This document shows positions 1-9,485 of a DNA stretch of 32,000 bases, piece by piece. The position numbers and the translations under genes are program-made. The stretch spans positions 35,135 to 67,134 of the forward strand of contig JBLNEK010000005.1 of NCBI GenBank assembly GCA_050262635.1. The letters run 5' to 3'. Source of the DNA: Candidatus Sericytochromatia bacterium. Lineage in GTDB: Bacteria; Actinomycetota; Actinomycetes; Mycobacteriales; Mycobacteriaceae. Under the pieces are notes generated by a model that was not told the DNA's origin, ran no database searches, and saw only the letters and a program-made list of their open reading frames with translations. Numbering within the stretch: position 1 is the stretch's first letter; the number at the start of each line of letters is the position of its first letter.

Positions 1-398
1 CGGACACACTGCGGGACGGCTCGGCCATGGATGCCTTCCGCGCGCTGGTGGCCGCGCAAGGCGGCTCCCTGGCGGCGAAGTTGCCGCTGGGCGCCCACAC
101 CGAGACGGTGACCGCAAACCGTGGGGGCACGGTGGGCGACGTCGACGCGATGGCGGTGGCGATGGCGGCGTGGCGGCTGGGTGCCGGCCGGGCGCGCCCG
201 GGCGAGCACGTGCAGGCGGGCGCGGGGGTGCGGATTCACCGGCGCCCCGGCTCTCGCGTGACGGCGGGCGAGCCGGTGTTCACGCTCTATACGGAGACGC
301 CGTCGCGGCTGCAGCCCGCACTGGCGGAACTCGAGGGCGCTTGGACGATCGGAGAATTCATCCCTCGGCCGCTGGTGATCGACAGAATCGTGTCATGA
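1..398 (+). CDS. deoA: Thymidine phosphorylase, C-terminal fragment (gene begins upstream of the window)
   Basis: Open frame from the window edge to TGA 396-398. The tail ...[42 protein letters not shown] is typical of the pyrimidine-nucleoside phosphorylase C-terminal domain. Its stop overlaps the add start (ATGA). Same neighbour as deoA-add in M. tuberculosis. Confidence 0.85.
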   Translation, partial: DTLRDGSAMDAFRALVAAQGGSLAAKLPLGAHTETVTANRGGTVGDVDAMAVAMAAWRLGAGRARPGEHVQAGAGVRIHRRPGSRVTAGEPVFTLYTETPSRLQPALAELEGAWTIGEFIPRPLVIDRIVS

Positions 399-1483
399 CG
401 ACGCCGCTGACGCTGGAGATGATCCACCAGGCACCCAAGGCGCTGCTGCACGACCACCTCGACGGCGGGCTGCGTCCGACGACCGTGCTCGAGCTCGCCG
501 AGCGGTTCGGCTATCGGGACCTGCCGGCCACGACCGTCGACGAACTGTCCGCATGGTTCCGCACTGCGGCCCACAGCGGTTCGCTGGTGCGCTACCTCGA
601 GCCCTTCGCGCACACCGTCGGGGTGATGCAGACGGCGGCGGCGCTGTACCGGGTGGCCTGCGAATGCGTCGAAGATCTGGCCGCCGACAACGTCGTCTAC
701 GCCGAGGTGCGGTTCGCCCCCGAACTGCACATCAACGAGGGGCTGTCCCTCGACGAGGTCGTGGATGCGGTGCTGGCCGGATTCGCCGACGGAGAGAAGG
801 CCGCCCGCGCCGACGGACGCACGATCACCGTCCGGTGTCTGGTCACCGCGATGCGCCACGCCGCCCGTTCGCTGGAGATCGCCGAGCTGGCAATCCGGTT
901 CCGAGACAAGGGAGTCGTCGGCTTCGACATCGCGGGGGCGGAGGCGGGCCATCCACCGACCCGTCACCTCGATGCATTCGAATACATGCGAAACCACAAC
1001 GGCCGCTTCACGATTCACGCCGGGGAAGCATTCGGCCTGCCGTCGATCCACGAAGCCATCGCGTTCTGCGGGGCTGACCGGCTCGGCCACGGCGTGCGGA
1101 TCGTCGATGACATCATCGAAAAGCTCGACGGCACATACACGTTGGGCCGTGTCGCGGCAATCGTGCGGGACAAGCGCATTCCGTTGGAGATGTGTCCGAG
1201 CTCCAACGTGCAGACCGGCGCGGTGCGCAGCATCGCCGAGCATCCCTTCGACCTGCTTGCCCGGCTGCGCTTCCGGGTGACCGTCAACACCGATAACCGG
1301 CTGATGAGCGACACCACAATGAGCCAGGAGATGCTGCGGCTGGTCGAAGCGTTCGGCTACGGCTGGGCCGATCTGCAGCGGTTCACGATCAACGCGATGA
1401 AGTCGGCGTTCATCCCGTTCGATGAGCGGCTGGCGATCATCGACGACGTAATCAAGCCCCGCTTTGCGGTGCTGATCGGGTGA
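395..1483 (+). CDS. add: Adenosine deaminase
   Basis: ATG at 395 gives [28 protein letters not shown]..., the adenosine deaminase metal-binding HxHLDG signature, with later ...FTIHAGE... and ...NTDNRLMS.... 362 aa. The 170 start in the ORF track is a GC-rich upstream extension overlapping deoA. Confidence 0.95.
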   Translation: MTTPLTLEMIHQAPKALLHDHLDGGLRPTTVLELAERFGYRDLPATTVDELSAWFRTAAHSGSLVRYLEPFAHTVGVMQTAAALYRVACECVEDLAADNVVYAEVRFAPELHINEGLSLDEVVDAVLAGFADGEKAARADGRTITVRCLVTAMRHAARSLEIAELAIRFRDKGVVGFDIAGAEAGHPPTRHLDAFEYMRNHNGRFTIHAGEAFGLPSIHEAIAFCGADRLGHGVRIVDDIIEKLDGTYTLGRVAAIVRDKRIPLEMCPSSNVQTGAVRSIAEHPFDLLARLRFRVTVNTDNRLMSDTTMSQEMLRLVEAFGYGWADLQRFTINAMKSAFIPFDERLAIIDDVIKPRFAVLIG

Positions 1484-1771
1484 AGGTAGGTGCGGAGATC
1501 GAGTCGCTCGATCGGTTGCCCGGTAATCTGCGCGATCAGCCCGAAGTCGCGTCTGACGATTCATGCAAACGTGTGTATGCCGACTTGTCGATAAGCCATG
1601 TGGTTACCGCCACGCATCCCCTCGAAGGAGCGCCGGTTCTTCCGGTTCTGGTTCTGGTAAGCCGACGGCAATTCGTCGCGGCCGCGCGTACGTTGCGGGC
1701 GTTCCGCACTGCCGTAAGCCGTCAGCTGGTCCGGGCGATCCACGAAAGGTACCTGAAGCCGACGGACACCA

Positions 1772-3865
1772 TTGACAATGAAGGCTATGGACCTGGGTCG
1801 CAGCATGACTGCGGGTCGGCCGTCGCCGTTGGGTGCCCGTCGCCTGGAGGACGGCACCAATTTCTCGGTGTGGTCCAGCACCGCCGCGGGAGCCGAACTG
1901 CTGCTCTTTGACGACGTCGACGACTCGGAGCCGGCTCGGGTGATCACCCTCGATCCGCTACGCAACCACACCGCGTACTTCTGGCACGTGCGGGTGCCCG
2001 ACGTCGAGCCGGGACAGGTGTACGGGTGGCGGGTCCATGGCGCGTTCGAACCCGCAAGAGGATTGCGCCACGACGCGACGGCGCTGCTACTCGATCCCTA
2101 CGGGGTCGCGGTGGCGGTGCCGCGAGACTATGACCGGATGGCCGGCACGCGTCCGGACAGGGACCCGCGGACCGCAATGAAGAGCGTGGTCGCCGATCTC
2201 TCGTCATATGACTGGGAGGGTGACGTGCCGCTGGGCCGGCCGTTTGCGCGCACCGTCGTCTACGAGCTTCACGTCCGAGGCTTCACGGCTCACCCGAGTA
2301 GCGGAGTGGACCGTCGCCTGGCGGGAACGTACGCCGGGCTAGTGGAGAAGGTTCCCTACCTGCAGTCGCTTGGCGTGACGGCGGTCGAGGTGATGCCGGT
2401 TCAGGCGTTCGACCCCCAGGACGCGCTGCCGGGCCTGGTCAACTACTGGGGCTATAGCCCCGTGTCGTTCTTCGCGCCGCACCCCGCCTACGCATCCACG
2501 TCGAATCCCCTTGACGCCCTTGACGAATTCCGCGACATGGTCAAGGCACTTCACCGCGCCGGCATCGAGGTCATTCTCGACGTGGTGTTCAACCACACCG
2601 CCGAGGGGGGTGCCGACGGACCCACATTCTGCTGGCGCGGGCTGGACAACCGGGCCTACTACCTGCTTGAGCCGGGGAACCCGGGAAAGTATCTCGATTG
2701 CACCGGGTGCGCGAACACGGTCAACGCGAACCACTCAGTAGTGCGGCGCATGATCGTCGACTCGCTCCACCACTGGGTGAACCAGATGCACGTCGACGGT
2801 TTCCGGTTCGATCTCGCGTCTGCCATGACACGCGACACGGCCGGTGCTCCGATGGCCGACCCGCCCATCCTCTTCGAGATCGAGAACGATCCGATGCTGG
2901 CCGCCACCAAGCTGATCGCAGAGGCGTGGGACGTCGGGGGCCTGTACCAACTCGGCTCTTTCGCCGGCGACCGGTGGCGTGAGTGGAACGGGAAGTTCCG
3001 CGACGACATCCGCCGGTTCTGCCGCGGTGACCGTGGCACCGTGCCGCTGCTGCCGAACCGTCTGCTCGCCAGCCCCGACCTGTTCAGCGACCGGCCCGCC
3101 GAGGTCGAGCACAGCATCAACTTCGTGGCATGCCACGACGGCTTCACGCTCAACGATCTGGTGTCCTACGCGCGCAAGCACAACGAGGCCAACGGTCAGG
3201 ACAACGAGGACGGCACCGACGACAACTACTCCACGAACTGCGGCGTAGAAGGACCTTCACATGACCCCGCGGTCGAGCGCATGCGCACCCGCCTGGTGAA
3301 GAACCTGCTCGCCGTCACGCTGATCGCGATGGGCGTGCCGATGATTCTGATGGGCGACGAGGTCCGTCGAAGCCAGCGGGGTAACAACAACCCCTACTGC
3401 CAGGACAACGAAATCAGTTGGTTCGACTGGTCGTTGGTGGATCAACACGCGGAGATCGTCCGGTTCGTGCGCGGGCTTCTCGGCGTGCGGCTCGATCTGG
3501 ACATGACGCAGGTGATGCACCGGCTGCCGCTGGTCGAGTTCCTGGAACGGTCGTTGGTGGAGTTCCATGGCGTTCGTCTGCATGAGCCCGACTGGTCGGA
3601 CGACTCGCATGCGCTGGCCGTCACCGTCAGAAGTGTGATCGGAACGCGGATGGTGCACGGGTTGCTCAACAGCTACGACCACCCTCTCGTCTTCGAACTC
3701 CCTCCGGTTCTTAGCCCAGACCTGCCGTGGCGGCGGATCGTGGACAGCGCGCTGGATCCACCCGACGACATCGCAGATCTCGAGAGCGGCTCGCCAGTCG
3801 AGGGAAGCATCTACCGGGCCGATGCTCACTCGGTGGTTCTGCTGTGCGCCGACCTGCGGGTCTGA
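1772..3865 (+). CDS. glgX: Glycogen debranching enzyme, GlgX/isoamylase type (GH13)
   Basis: N-terminus PLGARRLEDGTNFSVWSSTAAGAELLLFDD, and GH13 catalytic regions VILDVVFNHT, DGFRFDLAS, IAEAWD, FVACHDGFTLND. The start is uncertain: TTG 1772, ATG 1778, 1787 or 1805 are all in frame. 1805 (MTAGRPSPLGA) looks most GlgX-like. Confidence 0.9.
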   Translation: MTMKAMDLGRSMTAGRPSPLGARRLEDGTNFSVWSSTAAGAELLLFDDVDDSEPARVITLDPLRNHTAYFWHVRVPDVEPGQVYGWRVHGAFEPARGLRHDATALLLDPYGVAVAVPRDYDRMAGTRPDRDPRTAMKSVVADLSSYDWEGDVPLGRPFARTVVYELHVRGFTAHPSSGVDRRLAGTYAGLVEKVPYLQSLGVTAVEVMPVQAFDPQDALPGLVNYWGYSPVSFFAPHPAYASTSNPLDALDEFRDMVKALHRAGIEVILDVVFNHTAEGGADGPTFCWRGLDNRAYYLLEPGNPGKYLDCTGCANTVNANHSVVRRMIVDSLHHWVNQMHVDGFRFDLASAMTRDTAGAPMADPPILFEIENDPMLAATKLIAEAWDVGGLYQLGSFAGDRWREWNGKFRDDIRRFCRGDRGTVPLLPNRLLASPDLFSDRPAEVEHSINFVACHDGFTLNDLVSYARKHNEANGQDNEDGTDDNYSTNCGVEGPSHDPAVERMRTRLVKNLLAVTLIAMGVPMILMGDEVRRSQRGNNNPYCQDNEISWFDWSLVDQHAEIVRFVRGLLGVRLDLDMTQVMHRLPLVEFLERSLVEFHGVRLHEPDWSDDSHALAVTVRSVIGTRMVHGLLNSYDHPLVFELPPVLSPDLPWRRIVDSALDPPDDIADLESGSPVEGSIYRADAHSVVLLCADLRV

Positions 3866-3878
3866 CGCGCGACGAATG

Positions 3879-5234
3879 TCAGGGCCGCGTCAGCCCCTGC
3901 TTGTCCGCGTTCTCGAACTCGTCATCGATCAGGACGACGGTCCGCTCGGCCGCGTCCAGCATCGAGGCCGCGACCGAAGCGCGGTATCCGGAGCCGCAGT
4001 GCACCCAGACCTCACCGTCTGGCACCTCGGCCATCCGCCCGTCGAGTTCGTGCAGCGGGATGTTCACCGCGCCCGGAATGTGGCTGTCCTCGTATTCGCC
4101 GGTTTGACGCACGTCGAGGACCGTCGCGCCGTCGGGCCGGTCAGCAACGTCGGAAAAGTCGACAACCCGGTAGGACCGCAATGGCGTTGCCGCGCTGAGC
4201 TGTTCGATCTCTCCGACCGCAGCGCCCGCCAACTCGTCGATGCCGATCCGGACCAGTTCGCGCTGGGCGTCGGCGATCTGATCTTCGTCGTCACCGATCA
4301 GCGTTAACGGCGCGCCCCATCGGTAGAGCCAGCCGAGATAGGTGACGAATGACTTCTCCAGCTCGAAGCTGAGGGTGCCGCCGAGATGACCGGCGGCGAA
4401 AGCTGTGCGCGTGCGCAAGTCGACCACCCATTCGCCGGCCTCGATCCGGTGACGCAGTTCGTGCGGATCGACCGGTGACGGAAGCGACAGGTCGACGGGC
4501 GGCGGCCCGGCCATGTTGATGACGCCCATGTGTGCGTAGTAGGCGGGATACGCCGAAAGCCCGGCGAGCAGTTCGTCGACGTAGCTCTGCTCGTCCTGCG
4601 TCAGCGCCGGGTTGGTCTGCCGTTCATCGGCGATAGTCGACGCATCGCCGCTGGCCTGGGTCGCCGAGCAGAAACTGCCGAAGCCGTGCGTCGGGTACAC
4701 CTGCGCCGACCCGGGCAACTCGTCGGCGAGCCGCCGCACCGAGTGGTACTGCGCGTGGGTCAGGGTGTCGGTGTGCTCGTCGCCCAGCAGGTCGGTGCGG
4801 CCCGTCGTACCGTGCAGCATGGAGCCGCCGGTGAAGACGCCAACTGCCGTCCCGCCGCCGTCCCGCAGCACGTAGCTGGCGTGGTGGTGTGTGTGTCCGG
4901 GAGTGTGCATGACCTGCAGCGTGAACGGGCCGGCGTCGATGACGTCGCCGTCCTGCACCGCGCGCCGCGGATATCCCAGGTCGTCGCCGGCCGGCACGAT
5001 GTATTCGGCGCCGACGGCGCGCGACAGCTCCAGGCCGCCGGTGACGTAGTCGTTGTGGATGTGGGTCTCGAGGACGTGCGTGATGGTTACGCCACGCTCG
5101 GCCGCCAGCTTCAGCACCCGGTCGATGTCGCGCTGAGGGTCGACGACGACCGCGATCTCCCCGTCGCTGACCAGATAGCTGCGATCGCCCAGGCTGCTGG
5201 TTTCGATGATGGCTATATCGATGGCTGGGTCCAC
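3879..5234 (-). CDS. MBL-fold metallo-hydrolase fused to rhodanese domains (persulfide dioxygenase/sulfurtransferase-like)
   Basis: GTG at 5234 is preceded by GGAGAG. THIHNDYVTGG matches the HxHxDH metallo-beta-lactamase motif. The C-terminal rhodanese has the active-site loop VHCGSGYRAS. The upstream part of the 759-aa ORF in the track overlaps the TauE gene in another frame and is not coding. Confidence 0.85.
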   Translation of the reverse strand: MDPAIDIAIIETSSLGDRSYLVSDGEIAVVVDPQRDIDRVLKLAAERGVTITHVLETHIHNDYVTGGLELSRAVGAEYIVPAGDDLGYPRRAVQDGDVIDAGPFTLQVMHTPGHTHHHASYVLRDGGGTAVGVFTGGSMLHGTTGRTDLLGDEHTDTLTHAQYHSVRRLADELPGSAQVYPTHGFGSFCSATQASGDASTIADERQTNPALTQDEQSYVDELLAGLSAYPAYYAHMGVINMAGPPPVDLSLPSPVDPHELRHRIEAGEWVVDLRTRTAFAAGHLGGTLSFELEKSFVTYLGWLYRWGAPLTLIGDDEDQIADAQRELVRIGIDELAGAAVGEIEQLSAATPLRSYRVVDFSDVADRPDGATVLDVRQTGEYEDSHIPGAVNIPLHELDGRMAEVPDGEVWVHCGSGYRASVAASMLDAAERTVVLIDDEFENADKQGLTRP

Positions 5235-5245
5235 GATGACTCTCC

Positions 5246-6049
5246 TCAGTGTTGGGTTGCTGCCGAGTGCAGGAAAAGGGTGTCGACGAGCACGTACGCG
5301 GCGACCGCGAAGACGAGGTAGGCGAACCACCGCTGCAGCCGCGCGGTGTCCATGCGGGCGCCGATGTGGCCGGCGATCAGCGATCCGACGATCGCGGTAC
5401 CGACGAACGCGGCGGTCACCGACCAGTTCATGGTGAAGCTGCCGGCATACGCCACGATGCCTGCCGCCGAGTTGGCAACGATGATCACCAGCGAGGTCCC
5501 GATCGCGATCGGTGTCTGGACTCCGAGCATCACCACGAGGGCCGGGACGATCAGGAACCCGCCGCCGACGCCGAACAAGCCGGTGAGGAAGCCGACGAAT
5601 AGGCCGGTGGGGATCGAGCGGGGAGCGCAGCGCTTCCAGTTGATGCCCGAGTCGCCAACCTCGCAGGCAGTGCCCGTGCTGTCGCGGTCGAGCAGCATCC
5701 GCACACCCGCCGCCACCATCACCAACGCGAACCCGACGAGGATGACCGGCTGCGGAAGATGGCGGCCGACGAGACTGCCCAGGAACGTGCCCGGGATGCC
5801 GAAGGCGGCGAAGATCGCCGCCAGCCGCCACTGCACCTGACCGGCGCGGGCCTTTGGCAAGGCACCCACCGCGGACGCCGCCGCGACGACCACCAGCGAT
5901 ACCGGAATGGCCTGGCTCACCGACAGTTTCAGCCCATAGACCAGAGCGGGCACGGCCATGATCGATCCGCCGCCGCCCAGCAGCCCGAGCAGCACGCCGA
6001 TCACCGCGCCGAGCGCGAGGCTGAGGATCAGCGTCAGAGAGGTGCTCAT
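5246..6049 (-). CDS. TauE/SafE (TSUP) family sulfite/organosulfur exporter
   Basis: 267-aa polytopic membrane protein with duplicated Gly-rich TSUP motifs (LLGGGGSIMAVPALV and LFGVGGGFLIVPALV). Ends 11 nt upstream of the MBL-rhodanese start. Confidence 0.85.
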   Translation of the reverse strand: MSTSLTLILSLALGAVIGVLLGLLGGGGSIMAVPALVYGLKLSVSQAIPVSLVVVAAASAVGALPKARAGQVQWRLAAIFAAFGIPGTFLGSLVGRHLPQPVILVGFALVMVAAGVRMLLDRDSTGTACEVGDSGINWKRCAPRSIPTGLFVGFLTGLFGVGGGFLIVPALVVMLGVQTPIAIGTSLVIIVANSAAGIVAYAGSFTMNWSVTAAFVGTAIVGSLIAGHIGARMDTARLQRWFAYLVFAVAAYVLVDTLFLHSAATQH

Positions 6050-6081
6050 ACGGGACGGGGTATACCCGGTTCAGGCAGCCG

Positions 6082-7344
6082 TTACTCCTGACGTAGGCGC
6101 GATTCGACGAAGCTCTCCAACTCCGTCCACTGATCGACCGCCTTGGCGTACGGGCCACCCGGCTTACGTGTGTTGTCGGGGTCGAGCACGTGCGCTACGA
6201 CTTTGCCCAGCGGCGTGCCCGGCTCCAACGCATTGTCGACGGTGCTGTCCTCGGAGTAGTCGCCGACATCGCGCAGCAGTTCGACGGCCAATTCCAGTTG
6301 ATCGCGGTCGATCGCGTCCGGGCCGTCGGCGAGATCGTCGGCGATGCCCATCAGCACGTACACATTGTCGTCGGTGACGTCGACGCGCAGCGAGCCGTCG
6401 GTGGCCGCTGTGCGGATGTCGTCGTACGTTGCGAGATCCGACAGGTCATGATCGTGCTGGTCGGCCAGGTACCGCGCCAGCGCCCGCTCCGAGCCGAACA
6501 CGCTGATCCGCCCGTTGCGCCCGAGGAAGATCGGTGTCTCGTCGAGGTAGCAGCGCAGCGTGTAGAACGTTCCGGCGCTCGTCATCAACCGGATCGGGTC
6601 GATGCCCACTTTGGCCCAGAAATCTTCGTCGGCGCCGAGTACCACATTGTCGGGCGGAGCCGCCGAGACGGTTTCGGTCTCCTCCGACGCGGGCTCGGTC
6701 TCCTCCTCGACTTCGGCGGTCTCCTCCTCTTGCTCTTCCTCTTCCGGCGCCGGCTCCTCGAGCTCGGCTGCGGCCTTCGCGGACGCATCGGCGTCGACGT
6801 CGGGCGTGGAGATGACCTCTTCGATTGCGTCGATCACCTTGTCCCAGCCCCTGCCGATCACCGCGCCGATCTCGTCCCAACGCCGATGTCCCGGCTTGTC
6901 GGAGAACTCCGCGATCCCGCCGGAAACCGACGACAGCACCGGATTGCCGTTGAAGAACTTGCTGACGGCGGGCAGCTCGCACACCGACCCGATGGCCGAC
7001 ACGATCGCCAGCGTCCCGGCCAGCTCTTCGACGGACTCCTGCGTCGGCTTCTCCGCGAGCAGCTCGTAGACGTTGATCAGGTCGCAGTGCTTGTCGTCTT
7101 TGGGGGTGAACTTGTGTGCAGACGCGGTGGTCAGCGCCTCCCACGCCGGGTGGTCGGAGAGGTCGTTCTCCGCCTTGGAACGGACGAAGGCGACCAGGTC
7201 GGCGACCGACTCGAATGCATACAGGTCGTCGCCCGCGCCGAGGAATGCCTCCCATTCGTCGTTGGCGTCGCGCCAGCGCGGCGCGTACAGCGTGAACACG
7301 TCACGCTCGTCCAGACCCAGCTTGATCGGCACGATGTCAGCCAC
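6082..7344 (-). CDS. Conserved mycobacterial protein, Rv3311-like, with acidic central linker
   Basis: 420 aa with a GTG start. It has the same length, and the same position and orientation relative to add, as I recall for Rv3311 in M. tuberculosis. Central Glu-rich linker: ELEEPAPEEEEQEEETAEVEEETEPASEETE. Confidence 0.8.
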   Translation of the reverse strand: MADIVPIKLGLDERDVFTLYAPRWRDANDEWEAFLGAGDDLYAFESVADLVAFVRSKAENDLSDHPAWEALTTASAHKFTPKDDKHCDLINVYELLAEKPTQESVEELAGTLAIVSAIGSVCELPAVSKFFNGNPVLSSVSGGIAEFSDKPGHRRWDEIGAVIGRGWDKVIDAIEEVISTPDVDADASAKAAAELEEPAPEEEEQEEETAEVEEETEPASEETETVSAAPPDNVVLGADEDFWAKVGIDPIRLMTSAGTFYTLRCYLDETPIFLGRNGRISVFGSERALARYLADQHDHDLSDLATYDDIRTAATDGSLRVDVTDDNVYVLMGIADDLADGPDAIDRDQLELAVELLRDVGDYSEDSTVDNALEPGTPLGKVVAHVLDPDNTRKPGGPYAKAVDQWTELESFVESRLRQE

Positions 7345-7362
7345 GGGCCACAGCCTAACCAG

Positions 7363-8589
7363 TCAGTCACCGAGCGACGTGACCGCCAGCGCCGCGACGC
7401 ACGCCACCACCGCAGCGGTCGTGACACCGTAGAGGACCGCCCAGGCGCCGCCGATCCGAAAACGGCCCATCAAGTCGCGATCGCGGCCGATCCCGACCAT
7501 CGCCACCAGCAGCGGCACCAGCAGCACAGCGTTGAGCACCTGGGTGGCCACCAGGATCGTCACCAGGGGAGCGTTGGGGACCAGCACGGCCAGCGCCCCG
7601 AGCACCGTGACGAGTCCGAAGGTGAGGTAGAAGGTGCGTGCCTCGCGGAATGGGTCGTCGAGCGCGGCCTCGGCGCCGACGTACTCGCACACCGAGTATG
7701 CCGTCGACAGTGGGAGCACGGCGGCGGCGAGGAACGCCGACCCGATTAGTCCCACCGCGAACAGGTTCGAGGCCGCGGCGCCGGCGAGCGGTTCGAGAGC
7801 GCGGGCGGCGTCCGCGGCGTCGTCGATGCTCTGGCCGTCACGGTGGAGAGTTTCGGCGCATGCCATTACGACGAAGAGCCCGATGACACCCGTCAGCACC
7901 GCGCCGATCACGACGTCCACACGTTCCAGGCCCAGTTCCTCGGTGCGGAGTTTCTTGTCGACGGCATACGACTGCATGAACGCCAACCCCCAGGGGGCGA
8001 GTGTGGTGCCGAGAGTGGCGGTGACGATGGCGACCGCATCGCCGGTGAGCGGCATGGTCGGGACGAACCCGCCGTGAATGACAGCGCCCCAGTCGGGGTG
8101 GGCCAGCAGGCCCGACCCGATGTACGCCAGGAAGACCGTCGACAACAGCAACAAGAAGTGCTCGACGCGATGGAAGTTGCCGCGCAGCACCAGCAATGAA
8201 ACGACGATCGCCGCGGCCGGAACGCTCAGGTAACGGTTAATGCCGAAGATCTCGAATCCTGCTGCGATTCCGGCGAATTCGGCGCAAATGGTGCCGACGT
8301 TGGCGACGACGAGCGCGACGAGCACCGCCCCGCCCAGCCGGACTCCATATCGCTGGCGCACTAGTCCGATCAGCCCCTGACCGGTGACCACTCCCATGCG
8401 CGCGGCGAGGCCGTGGAAGATCACGAGGGCGACGGTGGACAGCAGCAATACCCATAGCAGCTGATAGCCGTGATTCGCGCCGAGCACCGAGTAGGTGGTG
8501 ATACCGGCTGGGTCGTCGTCGGACAAACCGGCGAGTAGCCCGGGGCCGACGACAACCAGCAGCGCGCCGGTATGCAGTCGCCGTCTCAA
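7363..8589 (-). CDS. Nramp-related transporter with the Mg2+-type (NRMT/NrmT-like) binding-site signature
   Basis: Nramp/SLC11 fold. TM1 GPGLLAGLSDDDPAGITTYS (canonical DPGN is DPAG here, 8503-8514) and TM6 GTTLAPWGLAFMQS (canonical GATVMPH is GTTLAPW here, 7996-8007). TTG start at 8589 overlaps the stop of the upstream gene (TTGA). The longer ORF to 8961 overlaps that gene. Confidence 0.8.
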   Translation of the reverse strand: MRRRLHTGALLVVVGPGLLAGLSDDDPAGITTYSVLGANHGYQLLWVLLLSTVALVIFHGLAARMGVVTGQGLIGLVRQRYGVRLGGAVLVALVVANVGTICAEFAGIAAGFEIFGINRYLSVPAAAIVVSLLVLRGNFHRVEHFLLLLSTVFLAYIGSGLLAHPDWGAVIHGGFVPTMPLTGDAVAIVTATLGTTLAPWGLAFMQSYAVDKKLRTEELGLERVDVVIGAVLTGVIGLFVVMACAETLHRDGQSIDDAADAARALEPLAGAAASNLFAVGLIGSAFLAAAVLPLSTAYSVCEYVGAEAALDDPFREARTFYLTFGLVTVLGALAVLVPNAPLVTILVATQVLNAVLLVPLLVAMVGIGRDRDLMGRFRIGGAWAVLYGVTTAAVVACVAALAVTSLGD

Positions 8590-9449
8590 CGGGTGGTCCG
8601 CCGCGGCAGGTGGCGTCGACGCGGCCACACCCCCGACCGTAGGAACAGCCGCCGGGGTGCCTGCGCGAGGCGGCTCCGCCAATGGCTGGCGTGCTCCGCG
8701 GGCATCGCGCTGACGATCCGTTTCGCGTGAGTGCCGGGCACAGCGCGCAGCACGCGCTCGACGACGACAGGATGCGCGATGCGGACGACTTCGGCGGCGA
8801 CGTTGGGTTCTCTGGTGGTCAGCACCTCCGCGGCTGATTCGGTGTCGAGCCGGCTCACCAGCGCGGCGAGCCCGCGCGCGTCGAGATAGTGGACGGCCGA
8901 CCGCGGGGTCGCCAGCTGAACGGCGTGGCCGCGCTCGGACGTCAGGTGCAGGTCGTTCCATGAGACAGCGTCTTTGGGGGCGCGCGCAGCCACCCGCTGC
9001 AGACCGAGGCGCCGCAGCACTCCGGCAAAGCCGACCTCGACGCCGACGAGTTCGAGCCGGTTGTCGGCGCTGCGGGCCAGCACCACGTCAGCGACCCGCG
9101 CGAGCCGGTGACCGACGACGTCAATGATCTGGGTGTCCAGCACGTCGCGCACGAGAAAGATCTCATCGTCGTCCAAAGCCGTTGATCTGAATCGGCTCAG
9201 CTCGCCGGGGGCCAGCGCGATGTCGGTGTGCCGGAACTTCTCGACCGCAGTCCACGGGATCAGGAGCTCAAGAGCGCCGTCGCGCACCAGGATTCGCTGA
9301 ACCAGATGCGGACCCGCCGGAGTGCCGAGCCGCGCGGTGAGGTCGCGCAGGGTTCCGACGACCTCGCCGTCGGACGCACGCACGTCACGACCGATCAGCC
9401 GGCTCAGGAACAGCACATCAGGAGCATGCCGGGTCGGCGCGCGGCGCAT
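8586..9449 (-). CDS. Cytoplasmic PRC-barrel x2 / MgtE N-terminal-domain-like protein
   Basis: Two PRC-barrel-like segments (LIGRDVRASDGEVVGTLRDL...LLIPWTAV and VRDVLDTQIIDVVGHRLARVADVVL) are followed by helical repeats resembling the MgtE_N domain (AALVSRLDTESAAEVLTTREPNVAAEVVRIAHPVVVERVLRAVP). No TM segment. Domain calls are by eye. Confidence 0.7.
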   Translation of the reverse strand: MRRAPTRHAPDVLFLSRLIGRDVRASDGEVVGTLRDLTARLGTPAGPHLVQRILVRDGALELLIPWTAVEKFRHTDIALAPGELSRFRSTALDDDEIFLVRDVLDTQIIDVVGHRLARVADVVLARSADNRLELVGVEVGFAGVLRRLGLQRVAARAPKDAVSWNDLHLTSERGHAVQLATPRSAVHYLDARGLAALVSRLDTESAAEVLTTREPNVAAEVVRIAHPVVVERVLRAVPGTHAKRIVSAMPAEHASHWRSRLAQAPRRLFLRSGVWPRRRHLPRRTTR

Positions 9450-9485
9450 CGCCGAAACCGCGTTCAGGAGTTCCTGTGTCGGCTC

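Noticed and set aside
287-1564. Long antisense or overlapping ORFs throughout the window, for example 287-1564(-), 6190-7749(+), 17431-19560(-), 29239-30597(-) and 30498-31937(-).
   Set aside because: Each lies opposite or out of frame to a gene with unmistakable family motifs (add, Rv3311-like/NRMT, secA, amiB1, amiA1). Their translations are Arg/Pro/Gly-rich low-complexity strings typical of stop-codon-poor frames in high-GC DNA.
1561-1745. 60-codon minus-strand ORF (VDRPDQLTAYGS...YQNQNRKNRRSFEGMRGGNHMAYRQVGIHTFA) in the add-glgX spacer, roughly where M. tuberculosis has the mtp pilin gene.
   Set aside because: It has no resemblance to Mtp, no recognisable family, no SD and only moderate third-position GC. 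It cannot be supported as a gene from sequence alone and is worth only a quick ribosome-profiling or conservation check.
5235-6158. N-terminal 300-aa extension of the 759-aa ORF 3879-6158(-).
   Set aside because: The extension overlaps the TauE gene in another frame and is Arg/Gly-rich nonsense. A GTG at 5234 with an upstream GGAGAG gives a normal MBL-fold N-terminus.
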